NCBI GenBank assembly: GCA_030390025.1
Contig: CM059433.1
Coordinates: 94,116,001-94,180,000 of the forward strand
DNA from: Squalus acanthias
Taxonomy: Eukaryota
Direction: 5' to 3'
DNA length: 64,000 nucleotides
Shown here: piece by piece, positions 12,181-23,957 of the stretch
Layout: each line of letters starts with the position of its first letter
Numbering within the stretch: position 1 is the stretch's first letter
Made by a program: the position numbers and the translations under genes
The notes under the pieces: model-generated
What the model was told of the DNA's origin: nothing
The model's database searches: none
What the model saw: only the letters and a program-made list of their open reading frames with translations

Positions 12181-14799
12181 GGAAGGGTCAGACTCCTTTC
12201 CGACAATCTCCAGATTCTATTGGTTGGGGAAGTGTTTCTACCTCCCCCCCCCCCCCCCCCAACACACACACACACACACACATTTGTTGTGTTGCCTTAA
12301 ATTGTACGCCCTTTAAATGTCACCGAATCTTCTCTTTTAATAATCTAATCCCTCAGTAGTGGTCTGATATACTTCATCTATTTAAAAAAAATTATTTTAA
12401 CCAGGCTTTACAATGCCGTGGCGAAGTGCAATGTGTACAGTCTTGTTAAAACTCTATAATGTCCTCCTGTCTCTTGACAAGCGTCTTTACTAAAATGTTT
12501 AACTGTGTCTCCCTGTAGCATGGCTCCTTGGTGAGTTCAGGCTTACTCGCGATTTTGCTAGGATTTACCAGCAGTAGAAACTAGGCCAGACTTGGTAACA
12601 AAGGTCAAGTGGCCAATTTGTGACGGCAAATTCGCATAATTTCACCTAATTTACTATTGGATTGCTTAAATTACTGCTGCTTGGCTACCAGTCAGGACTG
12701 CAACTAGCACCATTCTTAAAATCGGCACTGAATATGTTGTTTACACACTCCTATGTTCGCGGTCTTACATGACAATTCCCATGCTGTCGCCTCACCCCCC
12801 CCCCCCCCCCCCCACACACACACACAAAGATTTCACTCCATAATTTGCTAAGAATTAAACATAAAAAAGGCTCAAAACATCCTTTTAATTCAAAAGTTCC
12901 AAACCATTTGCCTCAAATGAAATCAATAATACTCTCGTTAAATAATTCTTCGGAATAGTCTTTTTTTCATGGTTGGAGAGGCTTTCTGGATTTGATGAGA
13001 GTAGCGTTAGAAATCAGATCAAAAATCACATGGAGCCTTAAGAAGGACGCTGTGATATTTGACAGTTTAGATCGCCTATATGTCATGTGGATATAGATAT
13101 GGACTCTCACATAGATTCCATCTGAGGTTCCGATAATTATTCGAAACACACCAAGTTCTGTGAGAAAGATGGCGAAGAATGTCTCCTTTTCTAATCTCCC
13201 ATCCTCCTTCAGTCCGTTAGACATTTCGGGTCAGTGAGCTTGGCACTAGTTGAAGTTCATTTGGAAGTGAGGATGTGAGATGAACATTCTCCTTAATGAT
13301 GGCTCCGGGGTCAAGGGATCGGCACTGTCCTGGATCCCAGCCAAGGGCAGAAGAAAAGAGGCTTTGTACGGCAACGGCTGATAGTCAAGTACAAACATGT
13401 TGGGTGGCTCTTAACACCCGAAGCAATGCCAGGACCGTTGAACACACTGAATCAGCCGACAGACTTGCTTTCAGCCTTTCCTCCCGGACAGCGATGTCAT
13501 GCAAAATGATCCCCCCGCCCTTCTCAGACTGAAACTCTTCAATAAGCCCGTGGCGAGGCTCTTGAGTTAGTTTCTTTAAAGGATGCAATAACGTGTCTCT
13601 TTTTTTTTTACAGACAGTGGAAGTAGCTCTTTCATTTTATAAGAAAAACATCTCGGGGGGCACTCTTGTGAAATTATTTGTAACCTGCCTTGTGTTGCTG
13701 TTGAGTCTCGTCTTCGACCCTTTTGAAAGAGATGCTGCACATTACAATCTGACTGAGGTCACCACTACATCTTTCATACTTGGTTCGCTTTACTTAAAGT
13801 TTTGTTTATTTTTTTAAAAATCACATTTTATCTTTTCACCATCGGTCGTATTTGTGAGTGGAATTTAGATCACCTTTGAATACAATGTATTGTAAAAGTA
13901 GAAATGTATGTTATGCATATATTACAGTGTTTCCAACGGTCTAAAAATAATTGATCAGTTTTATCTCTTCCTCGACTTCTGAGAGTCTTCGTCGTTTTAT
14001 CTGGGAGGAGAAAGCATTGATTGGAATTGTACCAGAGAGACAAGTTGAACGGCAGCGTCTATCCCCCGCTCAGTCACTGATCTATTCCAATCTGCAACTT
14101 CCCATGTTCACACAGTCCAGGGCAGCGATTGATGTGGGCTTTTCTCTACTTCGTTGCGAAGTTATTTAGAACTCAGTTTACATGTTAAACCAAGGTTGCA
14201 AACGTATGCCCCGCCTGTATATTACCCATATTTAGTGAAAGGGTAAATCCCGTCCCCAAAAGCGAATGGTTTTAACTGCGTAACCGTTTATAAAACACGT
14301 GCCAAAATAACCCAATGTAAAGTGGAAACTGCAATCGCCCATCTCCTACTGAGACCACCACTGTCATTGTTCAGCCCGCTCACAAATCAAAGGGACAAGG
14401 TTAACTTAACAAGCCTTTTTATGCAGGCTAATTGCATTATAATATCTCTTTGAGTGTCCACACTCTGGGTTTCATGTTTCTCTCCAAAGGTCGTCAGATC
14501 CTGTTTGAATGGGTTGAGAGGCAGGGTAGCGGCATTGGCGGAGCTTCAGGCCCCTGCTTTGACGCTGAGTGACGATGGGAGCCAGGCGTTTCGAGAGATG
14601 GGAATTATCTGATGGTAAGTGTAGCTCCGGCTCTGGTCGGTTGTCTTCTATTAGCCGCGGAGATAACAGAGGCACGGTGCATTCAGCCTGGACCCCAAGC
14701 GCTGGAACATGCCACCGAGGATGAGAATACTGTGGAAGCAGGAAAGCATCAATACACCCCAGTCATAAAAAGGAATGCGACAAAATGCAATGGTAGATG

Positions 14800-15375
14800 A
14801 TTGTACTGTACCTACAATGTTGAACTGTACCTGCATCAGCGAACTGTAGCTGGAGTAATGAACTGTACCTACTTCAGTGGACTGTACCTACAACAGCGAA
14901 CTGTACCTAGAGTAATGAACTGTACCTACTTCAGTGGACTGTACCTACAACAGTGAACTGTACCTAGAGTAATGAACTGTACCTACTTCAGTGGATTGTA
15001 CTTACAACAGTGAACTGTACCTAGAGTAATGAACTGTACCTACTTCAGTGGACTGTACCTACAACACTCAACCACACCACTGAACTAAAGCTACAGTAAT
15101 ACATTTTACCTACATCAGTGAACTGTGCCTGCAGTAATGAACTGTGCCTACATCACTGTGTAATACTACCCTCCTGTAACACATGCACACATGTGGATAT
15201 CTGCAGCCGGACTATGTAATTGTATTATACCTACAGCATTGTACTGTATTGACAGTATTGTGCCGTCTCTACAGTGCCTGCAGCAGCATTGCTCTACACT
15301 TGTAACATTATACTGTACCTGTGGCTCTGAAATACCTGCCGCATTGCAGTGTACTTGCAACACTGAACTATATAG
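14800..15375 (+). repeat. 19-bp minisatellite with a 57-bp trimeric higher-order repeat
   Basis: Monomers GAACTGTACCTACTTCAGT / GGACTGTACCTACAACAGT / GAACTGTACCTAGAGTAAT cycle about 4 times (14840-15066), with degenerate monomers on both sides. Confidence 0.85.
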
Positions 15376-15745
15376 GCCACACTTTGCTTGGTAACTCTAG
15401 TACTCTAATGAATCTCCTCCCCCACACCTGTAGTACTGCTCACCGAACGATAGGACAAGGAAAGTCAACGCCATTCTTAACTGTAACTTAATATTCGTCG
15501 TTTTATTCTTGAATACATTAGCAGGTGTTAAGCCAAAGTTTAAGATTAAAGTACCATGCATTTGTCTTTTACCTAAATCGGAATTGCATTGTGTACCGAT
15601 TTTAAAGTTTTCCACTACATATATTACTTTATGCATAAAATAACGCACATCTGATGTTGCTGGTTCTATGTTTGTCTAGTAGTCATTTGTTTATATTAAT
15701 TTAGGTGGCTGACAGTGAGTATGAGCTATGTCTGGTAATAGTAAA

Positions 15746-15920
15746 AAAATGAGAAGTCGCACAACACCAGGTTATAGTCCAACAGATTTATTTAAAATTA
15801 CAAGCTTTCGGAGCTGTCGCCCCTTCCTCAGGTAGAGTAGCTGTGAGAGAATCTCCCAGAATTCACAATATAAACACAGAAAAAATGTATTCAAATCTTT
15901 CCCTACATCAAAGACACACA
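15746..15920 (-). mobile_element. Solo Penelope-like terminal repeat with hammerhead motif
   Basis: Reverse complement of ~5503-5672; 13-bp TSD tggtaatagtaaa at 15733-15745 and 15921-15933. Confidence 0.85.
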
Positions 15921-18307
15921 TGGTAATAGTAAAGCAGCAAATGTTAAATCAGAGTAATTGAAATTCTCCCAATAAAAACAAAGGAAAGTGATCATAGAGA
16001 ATTAAAACTGGGTTGAAATAATTTATCGTGGACATAGTGGGCTTGAATTTTATAGAATGCTAACTGTAGGGCATTATTCGAGTCTCGCCAAGTATTCACT
16101 AGCTTAAATCATAACTGGTAAATTAAGCTGGTTTATAGTGGAGTTGAATGGTGACACTTGTTTTGGGCAAACACCTGGAAGGTAACTCTGGTGTTTGACT
16201 TTCTATAACTTACCAACATGATCCGAGGACATCAAAACTCTTCCAGTTTTGAATCTTCTTTTTATAGGTTTGTATCTTACTTCATTACATCCATGGTTGG
16301 AAGATGAAAAAAATCACACAACCATTCAACGGTTAGGAATGGCACCATGTTCCAGTAATTGATAGTGTCATTCTGATTTGTTTAAACAGAGTTATTCAGA
16401 AACTTAAGTCTACAGAAGCTCATTTAATACGTTTTGTCGCGTTTAACATTTAATGATTGATATTTGTTAGACTTCAAATATGTGAAACGTTGTTTGGAAT
16501 CCACGGTACTTGCTCCCCGTGGGCCGGCCCCTCCTCCCCCCTCGGTACAATACAACTCCCAATACACAGGAGATCTCTGCGAAGTGGATACTTTACTTAA
16601 GAAAAAAAGACACCTTTCATGAAACAAAGACGTCGCCACATTACAAAAGCAACGATAAATATACATTGAAGCATAATTCCGCCTCTGTGGACTAAAAGTT
16701 GGACAAAGACTCTGCTTTTTTTTAAGTTAGTGCCATATAATCCGGAGGAATTCTGTGTACATTTCTGTTCCAACCAACAGATAATTCGGGTTTTGAAGAA
16801 TTTGTCAATCCAATTTCCCTTGGATTTATAATTATTTGTGCACTGGGAGCTTTGGGGAACTGAGACTGTGATTAATGGAATTCTATGGAGCTCAGTGCTC
16901 GCCATGTGCGCGTCCCCGGGGAGGGGATCTGCCTGTCAGAGCCAGCAACACAACCCACAACTCACTGGGATTTGGGCAATAATTATCACATTGAGAAGAA
17001 GAGAAAAACTACCTTTATATCATGCACGGACCACAAACAGCACCAGGAGAAAATGAAAGGCGTCGTGCACACTGAAGGTTGTAGAGATTGGGTATCATTC
17101 ATTATGAAATTACACACACAGACACACTTTAAAACAGAAAGATATTTCAAACGAATCTGGAATGAAATATTATAATTGAATTTTACTGAAGAGAAAAATT
17201 GTATGATTTTACACTCACAAGCTACGATTCGTTATTTTTCTCGATTAAATGATGTCACCACACATGTGGTAACCTATCACCAGAACTAGAGCAAGGTCCT
17301 TCCAAATGTTGCGCGCACAGTAGTATCCGAAGGTAAAATAAAAGAAACACCCGAGATGATATTTTGAAGAGATATGTTTCGGGAGTTTTGGGGTGGTTCC
17401 TAAACTAAAAGCTGTACATCATAACGCTAAATATATTTCCATTGACTACAGTTTCCTCAGTGTTCATTGAATGTCATTACGTTTACGATGCCTTGCCTCT
17501 ACCCTTAATGTATTAATTGCTGTTAACTACACGTATGTAAATAATCATCGGATTCACTCTGAAAGGCAGAATTCGAAATAGGGTTTTCTTTTAAACGACT
17601 AATACATTTAGCCTCAATTCACACCCAAGTTGCTTAAAATTCAGGTGCAGTTTGCAAACTATTTTTAGAGAAGGAGAGATTCAAATCCACTTGCACGAAA
17701 ACTCCAGACAGATTTTTTTGTGTAATTTAGTGCAGCTTTATGATTTATAGAGGAATACAAACTGTGATTACTGGTGCAGTACCCATGTCGGTCAACATAT
17801 TTTTTTCTTTTAATGCGCTTTAGCGATGATCTGCTCTTGTGGATTGATTGTAGATAAATCACCTAAAATGATATAAAGCAAAAGTAAAACAAATCTATCA
17901 CTTCGTTCTGCGTTTCATTATTCCACATCTCAATGTCACATGAATCAACTGCTAGACACCACTGAAAGTGGGACTAAGACCCCTAAATCTTAGCTTTTGG
18001 AATGACTGTAATGAGAATTGTAGATCTCATTGCCTCTATCTGCTGGTCAGGAAAGAGTTAATAAACTAGACCTCAACAAAATCACATGCTAGCGTATTCC
18101 GACTTCATCTTTTTACAGGCTAGCGTGTTAATTCACAAAACGGGGAAGTTTACAATCCCACAATGTCTTTTTACTCCTGGTCAGTTCAACCAGTCCCTCT
18201 TGAGAATTTAAAATGCATATTTTGTTCTATATTCTCTCATATTCTGTAAAACTATCGTGTGGGTGATATTCTTTGCGGCTCCCCTCAAATCTTTGAGGGC
18301 TACGCTA

Positions 18308-18355
18308 ATATATATATATATATATATAGATAGATAGATAGATAGATAGATAGAT
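18308..18355 (+). repeat. (TA)n(GATA)n compound microsatellite
   Basis: Read directly from the sequence. Confidence 0.9.
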
Positions 18356-20782
18356 TACCATTTGTTTGTTTTCAGAATATCGTGACTTGGGTGGTCCAAG
18401 CATTTTTCCTGTTTCACATTATGTCATTAGCCCGTGAACATTTATGGAGGATCATTGTGTAGATCTTATATCGATGAAAACAAGAGCTGGTTTTGAAAAT
18501 GTTGTAAGGTGTTGCAGTACTCAGATGATCAATATGAGGTGATGGTTTGTATTGTATTGTCGCTTTGACAGAGTCCCAGACTGGTTTTGGAATAGTTCCT
18601 CACTTACACAAACTTTCAGACCAACTGGTTAGAGCTTTGAGCAGCGGAGCAATGAACTATAAATGAAGCCTGTAGGGACACCTCGCCGCTCCGATATAAA
18701 AACCTTGGTGCTCAGGTTTATTTATTTGACTCACAGCTCTTTGCCATTTGTTTCCCGGGTACGTTATCGGTAAATACAATGCTGAGGTCGGCCTTGAATT
18801 CGAAAAGACATCATTTTCATTTGCATTATATAATACGATGTAATATGTATATACCATATAAAAATCCAATCACAATTCTCCGAGGAGACACTTCAGCTCG
18901 CAGCCTTACATAAAGTCAATATATATGCTATTACCTCTATTACTTATGCCTCATTTCTATACAATTGGCATTTATTCTCGGAGCCAGAATAACTTTACAG
19001 GAGCTACTTGAGGCAATAAAAGACATTTTCTTTTATTTGAGTTCGAAAATATGAAACAATCAAGTTAACTTTAGCAATACTCACCAAAGGTCTGCTCAGC
19101 GTGTATGTAATACAATCAAAAGTGACATTTGAAGGATAATTACCTAACAAATTCAGAATCTAAGTCTGTGTGTGTGTGTGTGTGGGGGGGGGGGGGGTAA
19201 TATTGCCATGGTGTCTAGTCCAGATACACACACGTGTTTATACACATACATATAATTTTAAAATAGCCTGAATGGAAGTAAACCTATTGATGTTCATTAT
19301 TGCTGCGTAAGTAGGAACGTCCCACTTTATACAGGGTCAAATGACTGAGGGGAAATGGTTTGACAAAGCTTTGTTTATATCGTTTTAATGTATTGTAATG
19401 AGCCAGACCCACCCCGCAGCTATTGGCATGAGTACATCTTTGATCAATTTAAGTTGGCTGGTGATATACATGCAGCCTATAGCTGACGGACTTTATGGCT
19501 TATGCTTCCCCAAGAGAATTTAAAAACTGACACGCGTGTCCTAATTTATTGAAGCTCAAGGTAGGGGTCATACTATTACAATATCATACCACATCCCAGG
19601 ATTGTGATATTAGATAAGCCTGCCACAATCCAATTACACCAAGGTTGATAAATACTGCACAAACTTAACAAAGTTACATTAAAGCCATCAAAGAACCAAA
19701 ACTGCTATTTAATATTAGAACAGTATGGGTATAGAACCAGCCTTCTATTCATCCCACCGTGTGCTTCAGTTCGCGCAGTAGTTCTCATGCATTCGCTGGT
19801 CTGATTATAAATGAATAACTCAAATAGTAAAAATGTTAAGGTAGGCTCCACTCAGCTGACACAGTTTCCAAATTAGGAGAAAATGTTCCGTTCAAGAGTT
19901 TCAAAATGATCGAAACGTACAAAGTAGAAACGTTTGAAAATTGTTAAAATATCAACTCTTTCACCCAAATCATTAAATAAAGAGTATATATGAAAAGATA
20001 AAAGCAAGAAATTAGACCCAGCTTCTTTTTTTACTGACAACTGCTCACTCGTTTTGGACTTGGCCGGATTTTGCAACCAAAGTGAAACAACATGTTTCCC
20101 ATCACAGGTACAGTGAGGGCGAGGATCCGAAGCTTCAAAAAGTGTCGCGAACTGTTATAAAAGTGACAATAAACCCCTGTAAATGTCATATTAAACCTGT
20201 TATTTATTGTTTTGATGCTGAAAAGAGCTTTACTATCCAGGCGCCTCAAATAGGAATAATTAATCGCTGTTGCTCCGTGGCTTCGAATAAGATATGTTCG
20301 CTATTTTTTAAACTGTGAAGGAATCATTAACCAATCCTTTGGATAATTGTTTGATTTGTTAAAGGTAAGAACGCAGAATCTGAAGGCGAAGGATTCATTA
20401 AAAGCCACTTCAAACATGTTTCATATTTCAAACCACAGCACTCAGATGTACTCATGTTTTCAGGACGCTTCAGCTATCTTATTAATACAATAATTTTCCA
20501 CGCCCAAGAAAGGGACTTCATCTAAAACGTGGTGATCGCTTTATGACTAAACGCTTATCGCACTGTAATAACGTTTGAACTGTCCAGTTCTGTGATTGAT
20601 TGCAGAGGCAGTACTCTATTAACTCGGGTTCCTTACCTTCTTATCAAATTCTGCAAATATACCATGGAATTCTGTGCTCTGATGAGGAACTAATTCAAGC
20701 TTACCACAATTTGATCCATTGCAACTAAAGAGCTGCGATTTATAAGCGCCTGAGTGTTGTTCTCAGTTAGTTCTTTATAAGC

Positions 20783-21300
20783 TCGAGAGAGAGAGAGAGA
20801 GGGGGGAGAGATGCAGAAAAGTAATAGAGATAGAGAAAAGCAGAGAGAAAGGGCGATAGACAGTCAGAAAGAAACAGAAAAAAGTGGAAGGTTGATAAAA
20901 AGAGGAATGGTAAATAGAAAAACAGACAGTGCGAGTGAAAGAAGTAGGGAGACTAGTGGCAGAGAAAGGGAATGGTATAGACGGAGACAGCGAGAGAGAC
21001 GGAGACAGGCTGTAAAACGGAGAAATGTAGATAATGTAACAGACTGAGAGAGAGAGATTGGCCGTGGGGATAAAGAGAAAGGAAAAACACAGCAAAAAGT
21101 GAGAAAAGGAGTATGATGCGACAGAGATAAAGACAATTGAGACGTAACATGAAAGAGAGAGACCAACGCGCAACACTGGGGTGGCTGACCGACAGATAGG
21201 TAGACAGAGAAAGAAAGAGTGAGAGAAGAGTGGGGAATTAGAGGAGGGAGAGAAAAGAGAAACAGACAGAGAATGGGAGAGATAGAGATGAAATTGTCCT
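20783..21300 (+). repeat. GA-rich low-complexity / degenerate (GA)n tract
   Basis: ~500 bp purine-rich strand of gagaga/gacaga repeats. Confidence 0.8.
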
Positions 21301-23889
21301 GGGGACAGAAAGGCGCTCACACTGACTACATGACGTCAGAAATTTGCACTAGACTTTGCCAGAAAGTTTGCCTCTCGAAGCCCCACTTTCAAAGCTCTGG
21401 AAACATCTCACTTTTAAAGATGTTAAGAGACGGCCAGCTTGAACTATGATGTAACTTAGTTCTCCGCTGGTGTATCTATCAAATGCTTCGCACAGATCTG
21501 TTCACCAGTTACGCGCTGTCTGGTGCTTTTGATTGATTACAATGTCAGCAGCAAAGCAATAACGTCCACTTCGCAGAGCACATTTGTAAATATTGTACAA
21601 TGCAGACATTAAGGTAGAAATAGATTGGTGCTATTTTTATATTTTTAATCTTAACTCTGCCCCGTTTTTACAAAGCAGCGATGTCTGCTGCAAGACTTTG
21701 CTGTTGGCCGTTAGTTTTTTTTTCAGACAATGGCAGGAACCGCATGAGTGTCAGATCTCAATAACCACTGTTTTCACTCGTTCTTAGGATATTTATTATC
21801 ACTTCTTCCTTTATCTATTGCAGCTGTTGAATAGACCCATTGGCTATTGTGTTTTTTTTGTTATGATTCGAATTGTTTATTTGTATTCAATTCGTAAATA
21901 CCTAACCCAGTGTGCACTAGTTATCAGTCTGCACTTAAATGCACAGTGGCGAGAAAAGACGAGGAGAGGGGTCGAGTTAGATATGACAAAATTGATGGTA
22001 AGTACTTAATGATTTTGTAAAAGACAATACGAGCCAGTTGCTTTAACACTATCAACAGCATTCTGTGTTACAAGTGTGTGCAAGGCATTTCTACATCGAC
22101 TCTCAAACACCTCGCTGTATCCCTGCTATCAACAGTGCTTTTCTATAACTATTATACATCCTGCACTGTAATGACTTAAACAAGCCTCAGTGAAAACGTT
22201 CCAAAATCTAATCGGCACAACATTGTCCTTTCTGGCTCCCTGACAACCTGTTAATATTATCGGTTGACTATATACTAATGTAACATCAACTGAAAGTGTC
22301 TCCTGCACCGAGAAACACCAAAGGGCAGCAGGTGGCCGCTCCGTTCTAGACAATACCTCCTTTTTTTATGTATGCATTTGCTTGGAGGAAAAAAGGCTAC
22401 TTATAACAGGGAATATTATTATACTGATGCATCTTAGGAAACTTCTCCTTCTGAGAGTTGGAAACGAGTTGTTTCAAATCGAATTGCTCAGTATTGGTAG
22501 AAGCAAATAAGAGAAGGTGGCTTCTTGAAAGCGTCTTTCTAAAGTTTAAAACCAGAGTTTGTTTCTTTAATAGGGACGATAAAAGCTACTTCGAAGCCAT
22601 GAATGGCCGGTGTCTGGGCGCGAGTGTTTGGGACTGTGTGTCTCTGCCGGTCTGTCTCTGTGTACTGCCGGTATCTGTGTTTGTCTGCACGTGCCTGTGT
22701 GCTGTACGTGCCTCTGTGTCCTGCCAACTAGTTTTTACTTGCCAAGCATCCGTGTAGTCTGTTAAAAAAAAATGACATTTTAACTATTTCTACAGGCCGG
22801 AGTAGAAATATGCAAATTGAAAAGATAAATTGCTCGATGCATCTGGAAATGTTATCTAATTAGGGCGTAAGAAATTTAATCTTTACAGCGAGCAGGTCAA
22901 ATAATTACTGTTAATTTAACGCCCAAATTATCTTTCATTGATTTGTATTCTCTTAAATGTAGTTTGGCAGGAAACCATGATCCATACCAATGGATTTTAC
23001 TTTATGTGTGAACACGGTGGGCCTCAGAGTGAATTATTGCAACCCTTCCCATACAAATAACAAGATCACATCATGTATGCATTATTAAGCCATGTAATTG
23101 AATGTTCCATAGTTTGCATATCAAACTATTAAAATAATGTGTTTTTCTTTTCTTCCAACACGTAATGTTTAAGCCTCCGCGTCTATTTTGTGACTCTGAT
23201 AATTATGACCCAATTAGAGTAAATGTTCTCTTCATTTGGATGATTTTTTTTGCGTACATTTTTGCATTTCCAACCCGTAACGGTGTAGCCAGTGACGTAC
23301 ACTGTTTTCCGGAATCAATTGTTTTGCATGTATTTGTTGTTGCTACTGATCTTACTTTTCAGAAGAAAATAGAGCAATTACTCCATTACCTAGCCGGAAT
23401 CCCTCTTTGGGAAATAGCGCCAGCTACTTCCCCACACCAAAGGCATAAAGACCTGGTCATTTTAAAGCACGGGCTATTAAACTAAGTAACATTCATTTTC
23501 ATATCTAGAAAAAGGCAGGAATTTTTAACAAAGCAGATGAAAAATTGTGTCCCCATCACGCCATTATATTTTCATTGGAAACAATGTAGGGTTTTTTTAT
23601 AGCCAATATGGCTCTTTTATATCTTGATATGGTATTACTAAGTAATAGATATTAGTACCATATTACTAAGTAATAGTTATAGTAACTAACTACTGGGTTA
23701 CATCATTAGATATATGTTATCCATTACTAATTAATTAGTCTATCTCAGCTACCTTGACTGTCCCTGCAACCCATAATTCCCATTTGCTTACCTAAAAATC
23801 ATACATGAAACATACACACAAAGTGCATGCATGTCAGCCGATGTGCTGCATACCTGTTTGCATGCGTGTGAGTTTATATGTAATGCACA

Positions 23890-23925
23890 TTAATAGATAA
23901 ATAGATAAGTACAGGGATAGATAGC

Positions 23926-23955
<30 letters not shown>
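23890..23955 (+). repeat. (GATA)n microsatellite
   Basis: Read directly from the sequence. Confidence 0.85.

Positions 23956-23957
<2 letters not shown>

Noticed and set aside
14800-15375. CRISPR-like appearance of the periodic repeat
   Set aside because: Vertebrate context, no unique spacers (units recur with a 57-bp period) and no cas genes
20775-21320. 181-aa Ser/Leu/Phe-rich ORF
   Set aside because: Translation of a GA/TC low-complexity tract
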